Below are positions 1-10,116 of a stretch of 64,000 nucleotides of DNA, in pieces. The position numbers and the translations under genes are program-made. The stretch is from Nitrososphaeraceae archaeon (lineage in GTDB: Archaea; Thermoproteota; Nitrososphaeria; Nitrososphaerales; Nitrososphaeraceae), in the NCBI GenBank assembly GCA_035250975.1, contig DATFEP010000067.1:32001-96000 (forward strand). The letters are read 5' to 3'. Position 1 is the stretch's first letter. Each line of letters starts with the position of its first letter. The notes under the pieces are model-generated. The model ran no database searches. It was not told the origin of the DNA and worked only from the letters and a program-made list of their open reading frames with translations.

Positions 1-1
1 A

Positions 2-526
2 AGTCTAAAAAAAGAATTTAAACCAGGGAATATCGCTATACCTGATCAATATATTGATTTTACCAAAAAAAGGGAATATACTTTTTATGACGGAGGGATA
101 GTTTGCCACATCTCTCAGGCAGAACCATTTTGCAATGATCTTAGGGAAATCATTTGCCGACAACTAGAAAAGCTAAAATTTTCATATCATTATAAATGTA
201 CTTATGTTTGTATCGAGGGTCCGCGATTCTCAACGAAAGCAGAATCGAATTATTATAGAAATGTATTAGACGCAAATATTATAGGTATGACCTTAATTCC
301 GGAATGTATTTTGGCTAGGGAGATGGAAATTTGTTATCTTTCAATTGCGACTGTAACTGATTACGATGTCTGGGCAGACGTACATGTAACTTCTAGAGAG
401 ATCGTAAAAACATTAAGTAAAAATGTTGAAAAATTAAGAACATTATTGTTAAATACGATACCAAAAATATCAGAAAAAAGAGACAATTGTAGTTGTGGCA
501 AATCCCTTGAAAATGCTTTAATTTAA
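2..526 (+). CDS. mtnP: 5'-methylthioadenosine phosphorylase (5' partial)
   Basis: Frame is open from the window start: SLKKEFKPGNIAIPDQYIDFT...IEGPRFSTKAES...IIGMTLIPE...VTDYD, all MTAP/PNP motifs. Confidence 0.92.
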   Translation, partial: SLKKEFKPGNIAIPDQYIDFTKKREYTFYDGGIVCHISQAEPFCNDLREIICRQLEKLKFSYHYKCTYVCIEGPRFSTKAESNYYRNVLDANIIGMTLIPECILAREMEICYLSIATVTDYDVWADVHVTSREIVKTLSKNVEKLRTLLLNTIPKISEKRDNCSCGKSLENALI

Positions 527-584
527 TTCATCCTTAAATTTTAATTAAATTGTTCTTAGCACTAAAGATTTAAAGTTGCTTCTT

Positions 585-884
585 TCAATCTGGTTTTTCT
601 ATATTTTGAGGAAGGATTACATCGCCTTCAATTAACTTTCTCTGTACTGTTAATTGTAACTCTTCTGGATCTACACCCATTTTTTTAATTTTTGAGATAG
701 ATGTATTTGAAAGTTTTATGCTTACGTTATGTCCTCCAATCCGACCGAAAGCAACAGAGGTAAACCTAAAACGATGATTATTAAGGATCACAAATCCTTG
801 AAGTTTACTAGCAACTTCTCCTCCAGAACAGCTGGTAATAAACACATCAATCTTTAGATTGTTTTCTTCTCGAAAATAGCTCAT
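585..884 (-). CDS. conserved hypothetical protein
   Basis: 99 aa ORF with 4-nt overlap to the upstream gene; AFGRIGGHN motif. Confidence 0.7.
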   Translation of the reverse strand: MSYFREENNLKIDVFITSCSGGEVASKLQGFVILNNHRFRFTSVAFGRIGGHNVSIKLSNTSISKIKKMGVDPEELQLTVQRKLIEGDVILPQNIEKPD

Positions 885-1303
885 TTAGTCTTTATCTCTT
901 TTGTAACTTCTACTGTTCTATTCACATTCTTTTCTACTAGGAAACTCCACCAGTCATTATCATCGATATGATAATCCTTTACAACAGTTTTAACATAGGT
1001 TTCATCATCTGTATCATAAAAACTGAAAAGACCTTCTTTAACAAGCTTTATTAGTTTCCATCTGTCTTTACCAAGTCTCTTTTTATTTATGACAACTGCC
1101 CATTTTTGATAATTTTCTATTTTAGGCATTCCTATATAGTCAACAATGTCTAGAACACCCAGTCGTTTTTCCTCACAAAATAATTCTTTGGTAATCACAC
1201 TTCTCCAAATATCAACTGCTCCGATAGTTCTGCCATTTTCATTTATGTTTATTACACCGAAGTAAACAATCTTGTCGTTGTTTTCTGAATTTTGTCTACT
1301 CAT
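881..1303 (-). CDS. hypothetical protein
   Basis: 140 aa ORF within a minus-strand gene run. Confidence 0.7.
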   Translation of the reverse strand: MSRQNSENNDKIVYFGVININENGRTIGAVDIWRSVITKELFCEEKRLGVLDIVDYIGMPKIENYQKWAVVINKKRLGKDRWKLIKLVKEGLFSFYDTDDETYVKTVVKDYHIDDNDWWSFLVEKNVNRTVEVTKEIKTK

Positions 1304-1330
1304 TATTCATTCATTACATGACAATTATCC

Positions 1331-1687
1331 TTATTTAGTTCTTGCAATATCATATGGATGTTCCAAAAATAATCCAAGACTATCTATAAGAGAATTTTTC
1401 TTGAATTCAACGTTTTTTTCTTCACATAATCTCTTGTACCTATTAATGACTGCAAATCGAGGATGAAATACCTCGTAGAGATCTTGAGAATATTCTAACA
1501 ACATATTTTTAGAGATTAAAGAAACGATTAATTTTTTGCAAGTATTTATAGGGATACTATAATGATCAGATATTTCTTTAATACTCTTCATACCCTCAAT
1601 TATTATATAAAGAAAAATTTTTGTTTCTTCCTCAGATAATTCAAGGTTTTGTTTTAGTAAATTTATTAATTTCGATATGTCCTTCAA
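1331..1687 (-). CDS. TrmB-like winged-helix transcription regulator
   Basis: LELSEEETKIFLYI...SIKEISDHYSIP...LISK pattern of the TrmB N-terminal HTH. Confidence 0.7.
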   Translation of the reverse strand: MKDISKLINLLKQNLELSEEETKIFLYIIIEGMKSIKEISDHYSIPINTCKKLIVSLISKNMLLEYSQDLYEVFHPRFAVINRYKRLCEEKNVEFKKNSLIDSLGLFLEHPYDIARTK

Positions 1688-1752
1688 TATTTTTATTTTA
1701 AATACAATTAAATATTAAACTTTGATTCATCTCAATATTAATTACAAAAACA

Positions 1753-2172
1753 CTAAGAAAGACTCTTGTTTACCAGTTTTTGACAATCTACCAACACGCT
1801 TTTTGAATTATCATATGTGATTCTCTCTAAAGTATCCACATACTCGGCCCATTTGAATCCTATGTGTTCATCAGAAAGAACAACCTTCAACGTATTAGTT
1901 TCTGCTAAATAATAAATCACATGTTTTGAAATCAATTTGTTATCACGTTTATATTTGTAAAAAATCTCTTTCCTAAAATTATTTTGGAGAGTAATATTTG
2001 TTATTCCTGTTTCTTCTTTTATTTCTCTAATGACTGTTTCAATTTCGCCCTCGTTTTCTTCTTTGTTGCCTTTCGGAAAATCCCAATGTCCTGAAACATA
2101 ATTCAATAATAAATAAAGAATCTTATTGTTAATTATAGTATACACAACTGCGCCCACAGAGGATTCGTTCAT
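1753..2172 (-). CDS. NUDIX hydrolase, Ap4A hydrolase-like
   Basis: HWDFPKG...REIKEETG Nudix box and LSDEH motif. Confidence 0.88.
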   Translation of the reverse strand: MNESSVGAVVYTIINNKILYLLLNYVSGHWDFPKGNKEENEGEIETVIREIKEETGITNITLQNNFRKEIFYKYKRDNKLISKHVIYYLAETNTLKVVLSDEHIGFKWAEYVDTLERITYDNSKSVLVDCQKLVNKSLS

Positions 2173-2248
2173 CTCACACCGTCAATTCGACTCAATTCTA
2201 ATCAAGAATTGCGTTTCCAAATGCAACGTGGGCATTTGTACGTTATCC

Positions 2249-2482
2249 TCAAGTTCCTTTTACATCTCCTGCAGTGACTGCAGTCACTTCAAAATCATCT
2301 TCTGTTAAATCACTTTCCTTATATGGTGGCAGATAGTCATGTATTTCCATCCACTCCTTAGAACTCATAAAGTATGAACAAAACCATTTCTTAGCAACAG
2401 CATCAAAAAATCCATGCTCATACATAAAATTACCTTGACTATCAGGTATATTTTTATGTTTTAATTTTTTCTCATTTTCCAA
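2249..2482 (-). CDS. small hypothetical protein, possibly truncated by a frameshift
   Basis: 77 aa ORF overlapping the uppS stop; a -1 frame continues into a CPRC-containing tail. Confidence 0.55.
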   Translation of the reverse strand: MENEKKLKHKNIPDSQGNFMYEHGFFDAVAKKWFCSYFMSSKEWMEIHDYLPPYKESDLTEDDFEVTAVTAGDVKGT

Positions 2483-3281
2483 ATCTTCTTACCCTATTTT
2501 GATAAGTACGTATTGCTCTGATGAGGTCAATCTTTCTAAATTCAGGCCAAAAGACATCCATAAAGATCAATTCGCTGTAAGCACTTTGCCATAAAAGAAA
2601 ACCACTCAACCTTTTTTCCCCAGATGTTCTTAATATCAAATCCGGATGAGGTTGGGGCAAATGAGATGTATAAAGGCATGATTCAATAATTTTTTCATTT
2701 ATATCATCTATTTTAATTACTCCAGAAATAACCATTGAACTAATTTTTTTAATGGCATCAAGTAATTCCTTTTGTCCACCGTATGCCACTGCTATATTTA
2801 AAAACATTGAACCGTATAACATAGTTTCTTCTTCCAAAATATGAAGTATGTCTTGAAGATCTTTTGGTAAAAGATCTATATTTCCAATCGCTTTAATTCT
2901 CATTTGTTTTTCATGAATCCTAGAATCATCTCGCAATTTACAGAGTTTACCATATAACAAAGAATAGATATTTTCGAGTTCATTATCAGCTCTTTTCAGA
3001 TTCTCATTCGAGAGAACATATACAGTCGTAATTTTTATCTCCAAATCATAAATCCAATTCAATAGATCTTCTGCTTTATCCGCGCCAACAAAATGTCCTT
3101 TATCTATTCCGATAAGATTATATTTTGCCCATCTACGATTGCCATCCAAGATTATTGCAATGTGCTTAGGGAGAGGTTCTCTAATAATTCGAGATTCTAA
3201 CCATCTTTCATAAATTTTATAAATGCCAGTTAATTTAAAGAGAAATTCAAAAATATTTTGTGAAGAGTAACCTATATTCAT
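2472..3281 (-). CDS. uppS: cis-prenyltransferase (polyprenyl diphosphate synthase)
   Basis: HIAIILDGNRRWA and PDLILRTSGEKRLSGFLLWQSAYSE. Confidence 0.95.
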   Translation of the reverse strand: MNIGYSSQNIFEFLFKLTGIYKIYERWLESRIIREPLPKHIAIILDGNRRWAKYNLIGIDKGHFVGADKAEDLLNWIYDLEIKITTVYVLSNENLKRADNELENIYSLLYGKLCKLRDDSRIHEKQMRIKAIGNIDLLPKDLQDILHILEEETMLYGSMFLNIAVAYGGQKELLDAIKKISSMVISGVIKIDDINEKIIESCLYTSHLPQPHPDLILRTSGEKRLSGFLLWQSAYSELIFMDVFWPEFRKIDLIRAIRTYQNRVRRFGK

Positions 3282-3338
3282 TTATTATTTTTCGATTATT
3301 ATCAAAATAATCAATGCTTATTTATTTTATAGGATTCG

Positions 3339-4502
3339 CTATGATTTTAAGGATTCTCCATCTTTTCTATTTCTATAATATTGATAAAGGAACGTCGCTG
3401 CAACAAGAGTAATTGCGAGACCGATTAACAATGAAGAGATCAAGTTGAAAGGACTTGTACCTTCAGTAAGTACTGAAGTAAATTGTAAAATTGGGTAATA
3501 TAACAACACCAATATTACTATCCTTAATATATCAGACATCGTTCTGATACTGCCCTTAAACCAATTGCTGAGTAAAGTGCCAGCCATAATTGTCCCGATT
3601 CCAATCCACATCAACAGAATTGTACCTCTGATAAAACTTCCCACAATTTCTTTATTCGTAATAATCTCGTATGACTTCATATCATCCATAAAAATTCCTT
3701 CTGGAATATGAGATATGCCATTAACCACAGAGACCACAATTATCAACATTCCTGCGACTATTGAAAAAATCCTAATGAAACTAGTTGGATTTGGTTTTCC
3801 CAATGACCCAATAGATTTATCAATATCAAACGCCCTGATGATGAATGCACCTCCAAGAATGCTCAATACTAGAGCTATTGCCTCCCTTGTTAATCCAAAG
3901 ATTGTTGCTATCCCACTGGCTACCAATAGAGCACCGGGAACACCCAAAAAAAATCTTGAGTATCTGGGATCATAGACTAGCATCTTTACATACCTAGCAA
4001 AAACGGCGTACGAATATTCTACGCTTCGACTATGTCTAATTACAACTCTATGAATTGAAATAACCGGAATTAACGACTGGATTACAGGAATAACGGTCTC
4101 ATCATCTTCCCCATCAGAAACAATAACAGAAGCATCCGCTTTAAAAACATCTACAATAAATTGAATTTCGGAACCGATTTTTTCATCTCCCTCGATTCCT
4201 CTGTTATATTTACCAGCAACTAACGCTACTTCAGCTTGATATCCTCGTTTAAGAAGATCTTCATATGTCTTTACTGCTGCAAAAATGGCGTTTGCATCAG
4301 AATCTTCAGGATCTTCTATTGCCAATCGGGTACCGGCATTAATACAAGAATCCCTTCCTATAACAGGTGTTTCTATTCCACCTTTTGATCCTATATCATC
4401 ATCCCTATCTATACATAATACAAGTATACGATCATATTTTCTATTTTGTTTAGTTAATAAATCTCCTCTTGATAAACTTCGGTAATCATCATTTTTTGAC
4501 AA
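3339..4502 (-). CDS. DUF373 family membrane protein
   Basis: LVLCIDRDDDIG, DPEDSDANAIF, VSDGEDDE followed by TM helices. Confidence 0.85.
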   Translation of the reverse strand: MSKNDDYRSLSRGDLLTKQNRKYDRILVLCIDRDDDIGSKGGIETPVIGRDSCINAGTRLAIEDPEDSDANAIFAAVKTYEDLLKRGYQAEVALVAGKYNRGIEGDEKIGSEIQFIVDVFKADASVIVSDGEDDETVIPVIQSLIPVISIHRVVIRHSRSVEYSYAVFARYVKMLVYDPRYSRFFLGVPGALLVASGIATIFGLTREAIALVLSILGGAFIIRAFDIDKSIGSLGKPNPTSFIRIFSIVAGMLIIVVSVVNGISHIPEGIFMDDMKSYEIITNKEIVGSFIRGTILLMWIGIGTIMAGTLLSNWFKGSIRTMSDILRIVILVLLYYPILQFTSVLTEGTSPFNLISSLLIGLAITLVAATFLYQYYRNRKDGESLKS

Positions 4503-4733
4503 AAGGAGTCATTTATAAAATTCGTCAATGACATTAATTAATTTAACTAATAAAAATGATTTTCAGGCTGTTAATTTTTTATTTTTTAAAATATTTCTAT
4601 TTATCTGTTTAAAAATATAAAATCTAAAACCCATTTATCTTTTTTATTTAAAGTTTTCAATCCGACATATAAGAAATAATAAGTATAGTACTTACCAAAG
4701 GCTAAAACTACTTACAAAAATAAAACCTACATT

Positions 4734-6197
4734 CTACATATATTGCAAATCATTTTCTTCTTTCCAAAGATTGATTCGCTGGTGAAACCAAGGATAAAAG
4801 CTGGTATTTTTATCTTCAAATTGTTTTTTTATAATTTTAGCAATCGTTTTAGATACTTCCCCAGGTTCACCGTAAATTTCTTTTTTATTGTTTAAAGATA
4901 TTCCAAATCCTTCAAATTTATCATAAATATTATTTATCATTGATGGAAGCCATTCAGAGTTTATTGGAGGAATAAGTAAATTACTCTTGGCATCAAAAAT
5001 CGTTTCAGGACGATCAGTATTTAATCTAATAGTTAAAGAAAGAACATTTTTAAAATATAGTAATTCCTCTTGCATAGAACCTGAATCCGTCATCTCAGCC
5101 CAACAATTACCGCTATCAAGGAACTCTATTACTTGTCCATACTCTTTCCACAAAGGAGTAGTTAAAAATTTTTCTGGAAATTCTTTAGATAATGATTTAA
5201 TTTTATCTTCTAGACCGTAAAATTTTAATGCTGATTTAGTAGCATTCAGCATTACCAAGATGACCTTATGATCAGAATACTTTATAATATTAACAAGTCC
5301 ATGAATTATGGATTTGAATCTATGTTCTGTTAAATTTTCTCTCCTATGTATATCCATTCTAATCCATTTTCCTTTTTCAAGTTGAGGATAACAATCAAAA
5401 ATACTTCTGTTGACCTTTTGTTTCCTTTTTAGATGGATAGCATCTACTACCGAATTTCCAACGACATGAACAAATTCTTCAGGATATCCTTCTCTAACGA
5501 GGTTATCTTTATTGAGCTGAGTTGGTGCAAAAAAATACTGTGTTCCTGCTGAACATATCCAAGTATCTATCTGTTCTGGAAAAGGTTCTTCTCTAGCTAC
5601 AAACCACTTTCCGTGTAATTGTTCATGTACAAATTTTTCTACAATATCCAATGTCGGTTCTTGATTAACCTTAATTTTTTTCATAATTTCGGGACTCATC
5701 GATCTTAATCCCGCTTCGTTTTGGGCTACTTTTTGTCCCATTCCAAAAACCCAAGCAAGAGGGGCAATCCCTGCAACTAATGTATCTCCATGAACCACAG
5801 GGAGAAGTTTGGATGTCGAACCGAATTTTTCTTTGCAATAACGCCCTAATGATCCGAATTTAGTAATCAAGTCACTTGCTTTTTCCATTAGGTCACCTCT
5901 GATCTGCAAGTCACAGCCTACTGATTCTTCCAGTTTAAATTCTTTTATACCAAACCCTAAAATATCATCAAAATGTTGTCCTGTATCAATTACAAATACT
6001 GGAAGTTTTTCTCTTTTGGCTTCCACAACAAGAGGAGCTTGTTTGTAGAAATCAGGTTTAGTACCTATTACAACAGAAAGGATAGGACTGTTATCCGTTT
6101 TAGCTTTTGAAAAAATATCGGTTAATAAATCTGTATTAATTTTTATTGGTAATGTTTGTTTTGACGTATCAATATGCGCAATGCCATCACTTTTCAA
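4734..6197 (-). CDS. UDP-N-acetylglucosamine 2-epimerase family protein
   Basis: GTKPD, TGQH, VHGDT, EAGLRS, FPEQ, HRREN and TDSGSMQEE motifs. Confidence 0.85.
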   Translation of the reverse strand: MKSDGIAHIDTSKQTLPIKINTDLLTDIFSKAKTDNSPILSVVIGTKPDFYKQAPLVVEAKREKLPVFVIDTGQHFDDILGFGIKEFKLEESVGCDLQIRGDLMEKASDLITKFGSLGRYCKEKFGSTSKLLPVVHGDTLVAGIAPLAWVFGMGQKVAQNEAGLRSMSPEIMKKIKVNQEPTLDIVEKFVHEQLHGKWFVAREEPFPEQIDTWICSAGTQYFFAPTQLNKDNLVREGYPEEFVHVVGNSVVDAIHLKRKQKVNRSIFDCYPQLEKGKWIRMDIHRRENLTEHRFKSIIHGLVNIIKYSDHKVILVMLNATKSALKFYGLEDKIKSLSKEFPEKFLTTPLWKEYGQVIEFLDSGNCWAEMTDSGSMQEELLYFKNVLSLTIRLNTDRPETIFDAKSNLLIPPINSEWLPSMINNIYDKFEGFGISLNNKKEIYGEPGEVSKTIAKIIKKQFEDKNTSFYPWFHQRINLWKEENDLQYM

Positions 6198-6646
6198 TTA
6201 AATTTATCTGATCTAACTCCTTTCTTGGATTTTATGTAAATAAGGAATCCAATAATAAATATTCCTATACCTGCTATCACAAAAACGTATGGTATGTAAA
6301 TAATTAGGTTTTGGAAGAATTCAGATGGTATATTTGAAGAAATACTCAAAGAGACAAACATTCCTACTATCATCAAAACCCCGCTAACAGAAATCAATAT
6401 CCCACCTATTTCACTCCCGTAATTCCTAGAGAGTGCATAAACTATCCCAGCAAGAATAATTGACGGAGCTCCAGAAATGGATACAGTTTTAAATAATACT
6501 CCTTGGATATCTACAAATCTATCTGGACCTAATTTGTCTGGACCTACCAAAAAAAGATAGAAAGATGATATCAAAAGCACGAACATAATTGCTAGACCAA
6601 ACGAACCTAATGCTACCCATATTTCTAAAGGAAAGTTTAATTTCAT
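6194..6646 (-). CDS. 4-TM membrane protein
   Basis: 150 aa with four hydrophobic segments; overlaps the downstream gene. Confidence 0.7.
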   Translation of the reverse strand: MKLNFPLEIWVALGSFGLAIMFVLLISSFYLFLVGPDKLGPDRFVDIQGVLFKTVSISGAPSIILAGIVYALSRNYGSEIGGILISVSGVLMIVGMFVSLSISSNIPSEFFQNLIIYIPYVFVIAGIGIFIIGFLIYIKSKKGVRSDKFN

Positions 6647-6672
6647 AATATATCACGACACGCCTACTTCTA

Positions 6673-7695
6673 TCACAACACACCTACTAATTTAGCAATC
6701 TCTTTTCTGGAAGCCGATCCAAGCTCTGCCGCTGAAGTTTCAGGTAAAACATTATTAACGAATACTCCAAATCCTTTTTCCAAGCCACTTAAAGCATATA
6801 ATTGTGGGAATACTTCAATATGCCAATGAAATTGTCTACTATTCTTTTTTTCCGGAGATAGTTGAAAGATGAGATTAAATGAAGGGTTTTTTAAAACCGA
6901 TGACATACCTCCAATAGTAGCTCTAAGAATCATAGCCAGATCAAAAACTTCTTTCTGAGAAATTTTGGTTAATGTAGTGGAATGTTTTTTGGGATATATG
7001 CAAAATTCATATGCATATAATGATGCCCACGGACAAAACGCAAGAAAATTATCTGTTGCGAGAACTTGTCGCGGTCCATCAGATTCAGTAGAAATAGCAA
7101 CGCATGAAGGACATGTTCCGTTTTCATTCACGAATCTGTGAGATAATAACGCTTTGGACTCGATCGTAGGCGGAACTTCTGAGAAAGTAACTATATCTAC
7201 GTGTGAATGGTCTATCTTCGTTCCCGAGAACGGTCCACTATTTATAAAAGCCGAGACATAGGTAACCTTTTTTTGAGTATAAAGCCACCTCATCCTATCT
7301 TGCAAAACCAAAAGAACATTTGACCATTGTTCGACGGAAATCTGAGAAAAATCTTCTGAATGGTTTGGTGTAGCAACTAATATTTGATGATATCCATAGG
7401 CGGGCTCACTATACAATGGTTTTTCCGTATATAATGAAGAATTATTGGGTACGAGGATTGGATACTTACTGTTAAAAACTCTAACATCCCAATCTTTAAT
7501 AATATTGCCTTCTGAATCTGACAATCTTTGAAGCATGCCACCCTTAATTACCAATGAAACAAGCGAAGGTTCTGTTAGATGCTCATTACCCGGACAATAA
7601 GGACATTCATTCATGGTACTTTTTTTTATATCATTAACTCTATCAGGAAAAATTACAAATTTATCCATAACATAATCCTTTCTTAATTCTCCCAA
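6673..7695 (-). CDS. galT: galactose-1-phosphate uridylyltransferase family (GalT/HIT)
   Basis: ELRKD, CPYCPGNE, HSH nucleophile motif, FHWHIE, LSGLEKGFG. Confidence 0.82.
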   Translation of the reverse strand: MGELRKDYVMDKFVIFPDRVNDIKKSTMNECPYCPGNEHLTEPSLVSLVIKGGMLQRLSDSEGNIIKDWDVRVFNSKYPILVPNNSSLYTEKPLYSEPAYGYHQILVATPNHSEDFSQISVEQWSNVLLVLQDRMRWLYTQKKVTYVSAFINSGPFSGTKIDHSHVDIVTFSEVPPTIESKALLSHRFVNENGTCPSCVAISTESDGPRQVLATDNFLAFCPWASLYAYEFCIYPKKHSTTLTKISQKEVFDLAMILRATIGGMSSVLKNPSFNLIFQLSPEKKNSRQFHWHIEVFPQLYALSGLEKGFGVFVNNVLPETSAAELGSASRKEIAKLVGVL

Positions 7696-7899
7696 CGTAA
7701 TTTTCCTTCTAAAACGTCATTTCATCCTTTAATTAAAGGTTCTGGATCTGATGATAAATATTTTAAGAAAAATAAACAAAAATAGTTTTAGAAAAAATTA
7801 ACAACTGTAATTTCACTTTTGATAAGTATGTTGTGAAAAGATTTTCAGAACCATAAGTTTAAAATATAGTTTCTGAATTGATAGAATTGATAAAATAGT

Positions 7900-8154
7900 A
7901 TGACAATGCCAAAAGGTTTTGGATCAAATCCTAGTACCACGGGAAAGAGAAGTTTTACCGACTGGTGGACCAATGTTCCCTCAGATTTAAAACAAAAAGC
8001 CAGAAAAGGAGACGAGAGTAATAAACCATTATTAAATCAAGTGAATTATGTTTTATTACATCTTCATCTTGCCGGAAAACATGACGCAAAACCATCACAT
8101 GAAGAATTAAAAGATTGGTTGCATAGTGGTCAAGTAGACGTCCTTAGAAAATAA
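7900..8154 (+). CDS. small conserved hypothetical protein
   Basis: 84 aa ORF with an upstream TTTAAAATA box and a downstream T-tract (~8165). Confidence 0.7.
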   Translation: MTMPKGFGSNPSTTGKRSFTDWWTNVPSDLKQKARKGDESNKPLLNQVNYVLLHLHLAGKHDAKPSHEELKDWLHSGQVDVLRK

Positions 8155-8302
8155 TCCCACAGTCTTTTTTTTCTTTGGTTATGAAAATAAAATGTGAGTT
8201 TGATTTAATTATTTAAGTAGAAATAGAATTTAAAGATTCTGGATAATCTACTTATAGATAATTACATATTAAGTCTAATCAAACTCAAAGATTAAAATGT
8301 AA

Positions 8303-9355
8303 TCATTTGAATTCGTTCTGCAATATTTCTTTTTTCTTGCTCATATCAAAAATCTTATCAGTATGAGACAACGCATCATTGCGAGGTTTTTTAAAAATCA
8401 TCGACTGAACCAATAAGTGGTTCTCTGGAATTACCATGCCAGTCTGATCATCTGAATATGAAAATTTTAAAACATCATCTTGGCTTCTTATCAAACTTTC
8501 ATGAATATGGACCATATTGGTGTCACCGTGAGTAAATCCTAAATCCAATGCGGTCTTCCTTACATCAAGAGTACCCTTAGCAGAGTTTAGAATAGCAACC
8601 CCAAATTCATTATGAAATATTTCTAATACTTGATCTTTTAAAGGGGCTTTATTTTTAAATCTTATAAGTATCTGGTGTAAATGCATCATTCTAGAAGGAA
8701 CCTTGAAAGCTTCAACGTATAGGTTGGCTGCAGGAATAAAATCTTTGACATCGTCTTGATGGTGGGGATGCGAATCCCATTCTATCGAATCTTTGACTTC
8801 TTTCGAATCCTCTAAATCAGCCCATCTTCTAATAAGATTAACATCATATCTTATAATATCATCACTGAATTTCTCAATCAATGGTTGCATAATTCTCCCC
8901 ATCCCAGAAACGTTACAACTTCCTTGCATCACATATGATTTTCCTGATGCTTTATCATAATTTACTCTCGAATTATGTATCATATCAGCAACTGAATATT
9001 CTCCTAGTCTATCTTCCCCTCCTTGAAATATTGCCTTTTTTTTCATTGGAACGTACAACATTAGTTTATTTTTATATCCCATCCCCTCTTTTGCCGCGTC
9101 AATAATCACTTCAGAATCACGAATTCCATCTTCAATATAACCCGCAAATTCTAATTTTTTGCTCGCAAATTCATTTTCTGAAGTTTTAGGGATAAAAACT
9201 CTGTAACCTTTAGATATCGCTTCTTTAGCCCTTTCATCAGCACTATACTTTGCTATTCCCACCAACTCAATTTCCTCATCTACGCTAAAATATGTTGCCA
9301 ATCTTCTACCAATATTACCATAACCGTTAATGAACAATTTTACCATTCTAACCAC
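8303..9355 (-). CDS. gap: archaeal type II glyceraldehyde-3-phosphate dehydrogenase
   Basis: INGYGNIGRR, FQGGE, catalytic SCN, RRWAD, HHQDDV, VIPEN. Confidence 0.92.
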   Translation of the reverse strand: MVRMVKLFINGYGNIGRRLATYFSVDEEIELVGIAKYSADERAKEAISKGYRVFIPKTSENEFASKKLEFAGYIEDGIRDSEVIIDAAKEGMGYKNKLMLYVPMKKKAIFQGGEDRLGEYSVADMIHNSRVNYDKASGKSYVMQGSCNVSGMGRIMQPLIEKFSDDIIRYDVNLIRRWADLEDSKEVKDSIEWDSHPHHQDDVKDFIPAANLYVEAFKVPSRMMHLHQILIRFKNKAPLKDQVLEIFHNEFGVAILNSAKGTLDVRKTALDLGFTHGDTNMVHIHESLIRSQDDVLKFSYSDDQTGMVIPENHLLVQSMIFKKPRNDALSHTDKIFDMSKKKEILQNEFK

Positions 9356-9528
9356 TAAAATCTTATTTGATATATGAAATTATTATACAATATATTTTTA
9401 TTTCTAAACAATATTTGGAAGTTTGTTATTATTTGTGGATTTACAGAAAATTATAGAATTACCTTTATCGGCTTATGTTTAGGATAACTTTAATAATTCA
9501 ATGCTTGATAGTAAAGTAACCAACATTA

Positions 9529-10116
9529 ATGAAACTATTAATTATCGATAATTACGATTCTTTCGTTTATAATATTGCTCAATTAATTGGAAAAAAGAAT
9601 ATCGAGACTCTGATATATCGAAATGATAAAATTGCATTAAAAACGATAGTAAAATTGGATCCTGACGGAATTATATTATCACCAGGTCCTGGAACTCCAG
9701 AAAATAAAAAATATTTCGGAATTTGTGATAATATCATTAAAGTACTTGGAATGAAAATCCCGATTTTGGGAATATGCTTGGGTCACCAAGGTATTGCGTC
9801 TGCTTTCGGTGGAAGAATACTTAATGCAAAGAAAACAAGGCATGGTAAGACAAGCCAGATTTTTTTTATGCCAGATCCTATCTTTGATGGACTAAAAAAT
9901 CCCTTCGTTGCAACTAGATATCATTCTTTAATAGCAGATAAAAAAACTCTTCCAAAGTGTTTGAAAGTTATTGCAAATTCATTAGATGATAATGAAATAA
10001 TGGCACTCACACATGAAAAATATCCAATAAAAGGAGTACAATTTCATCCCGAATCGATCCTGACTGGTGAAGGTATTAAGCTATTAAGTAATTTTATCAC
10101 ATTTACTAGAAAATGA
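9529..10116 (+). CDS. trpG: anthranilate synthase component II (glutamine amidotransferase)
   Basis: IDNYDSF, SPGPG, GICLGHQ, RYHSL, QFHPES. Confidence 0.93.
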   Translation: MKLLIIDNYDSFVYNIAQLIGKKNIETLIYRNDKIALKTIVKLDPDGIILSPGPGTPENKKYFGICDNIIKVLGMKIPILGICLGHQGIASAFGGRILNAKKTRHGKTSQIFFMPDPIFDGLKNPFVATRYHSLIADKKTLPKCLKVIANSLDDNEIMALTHEKYPIKGVQFHPESILTGEGIKLLSNFITFTRK

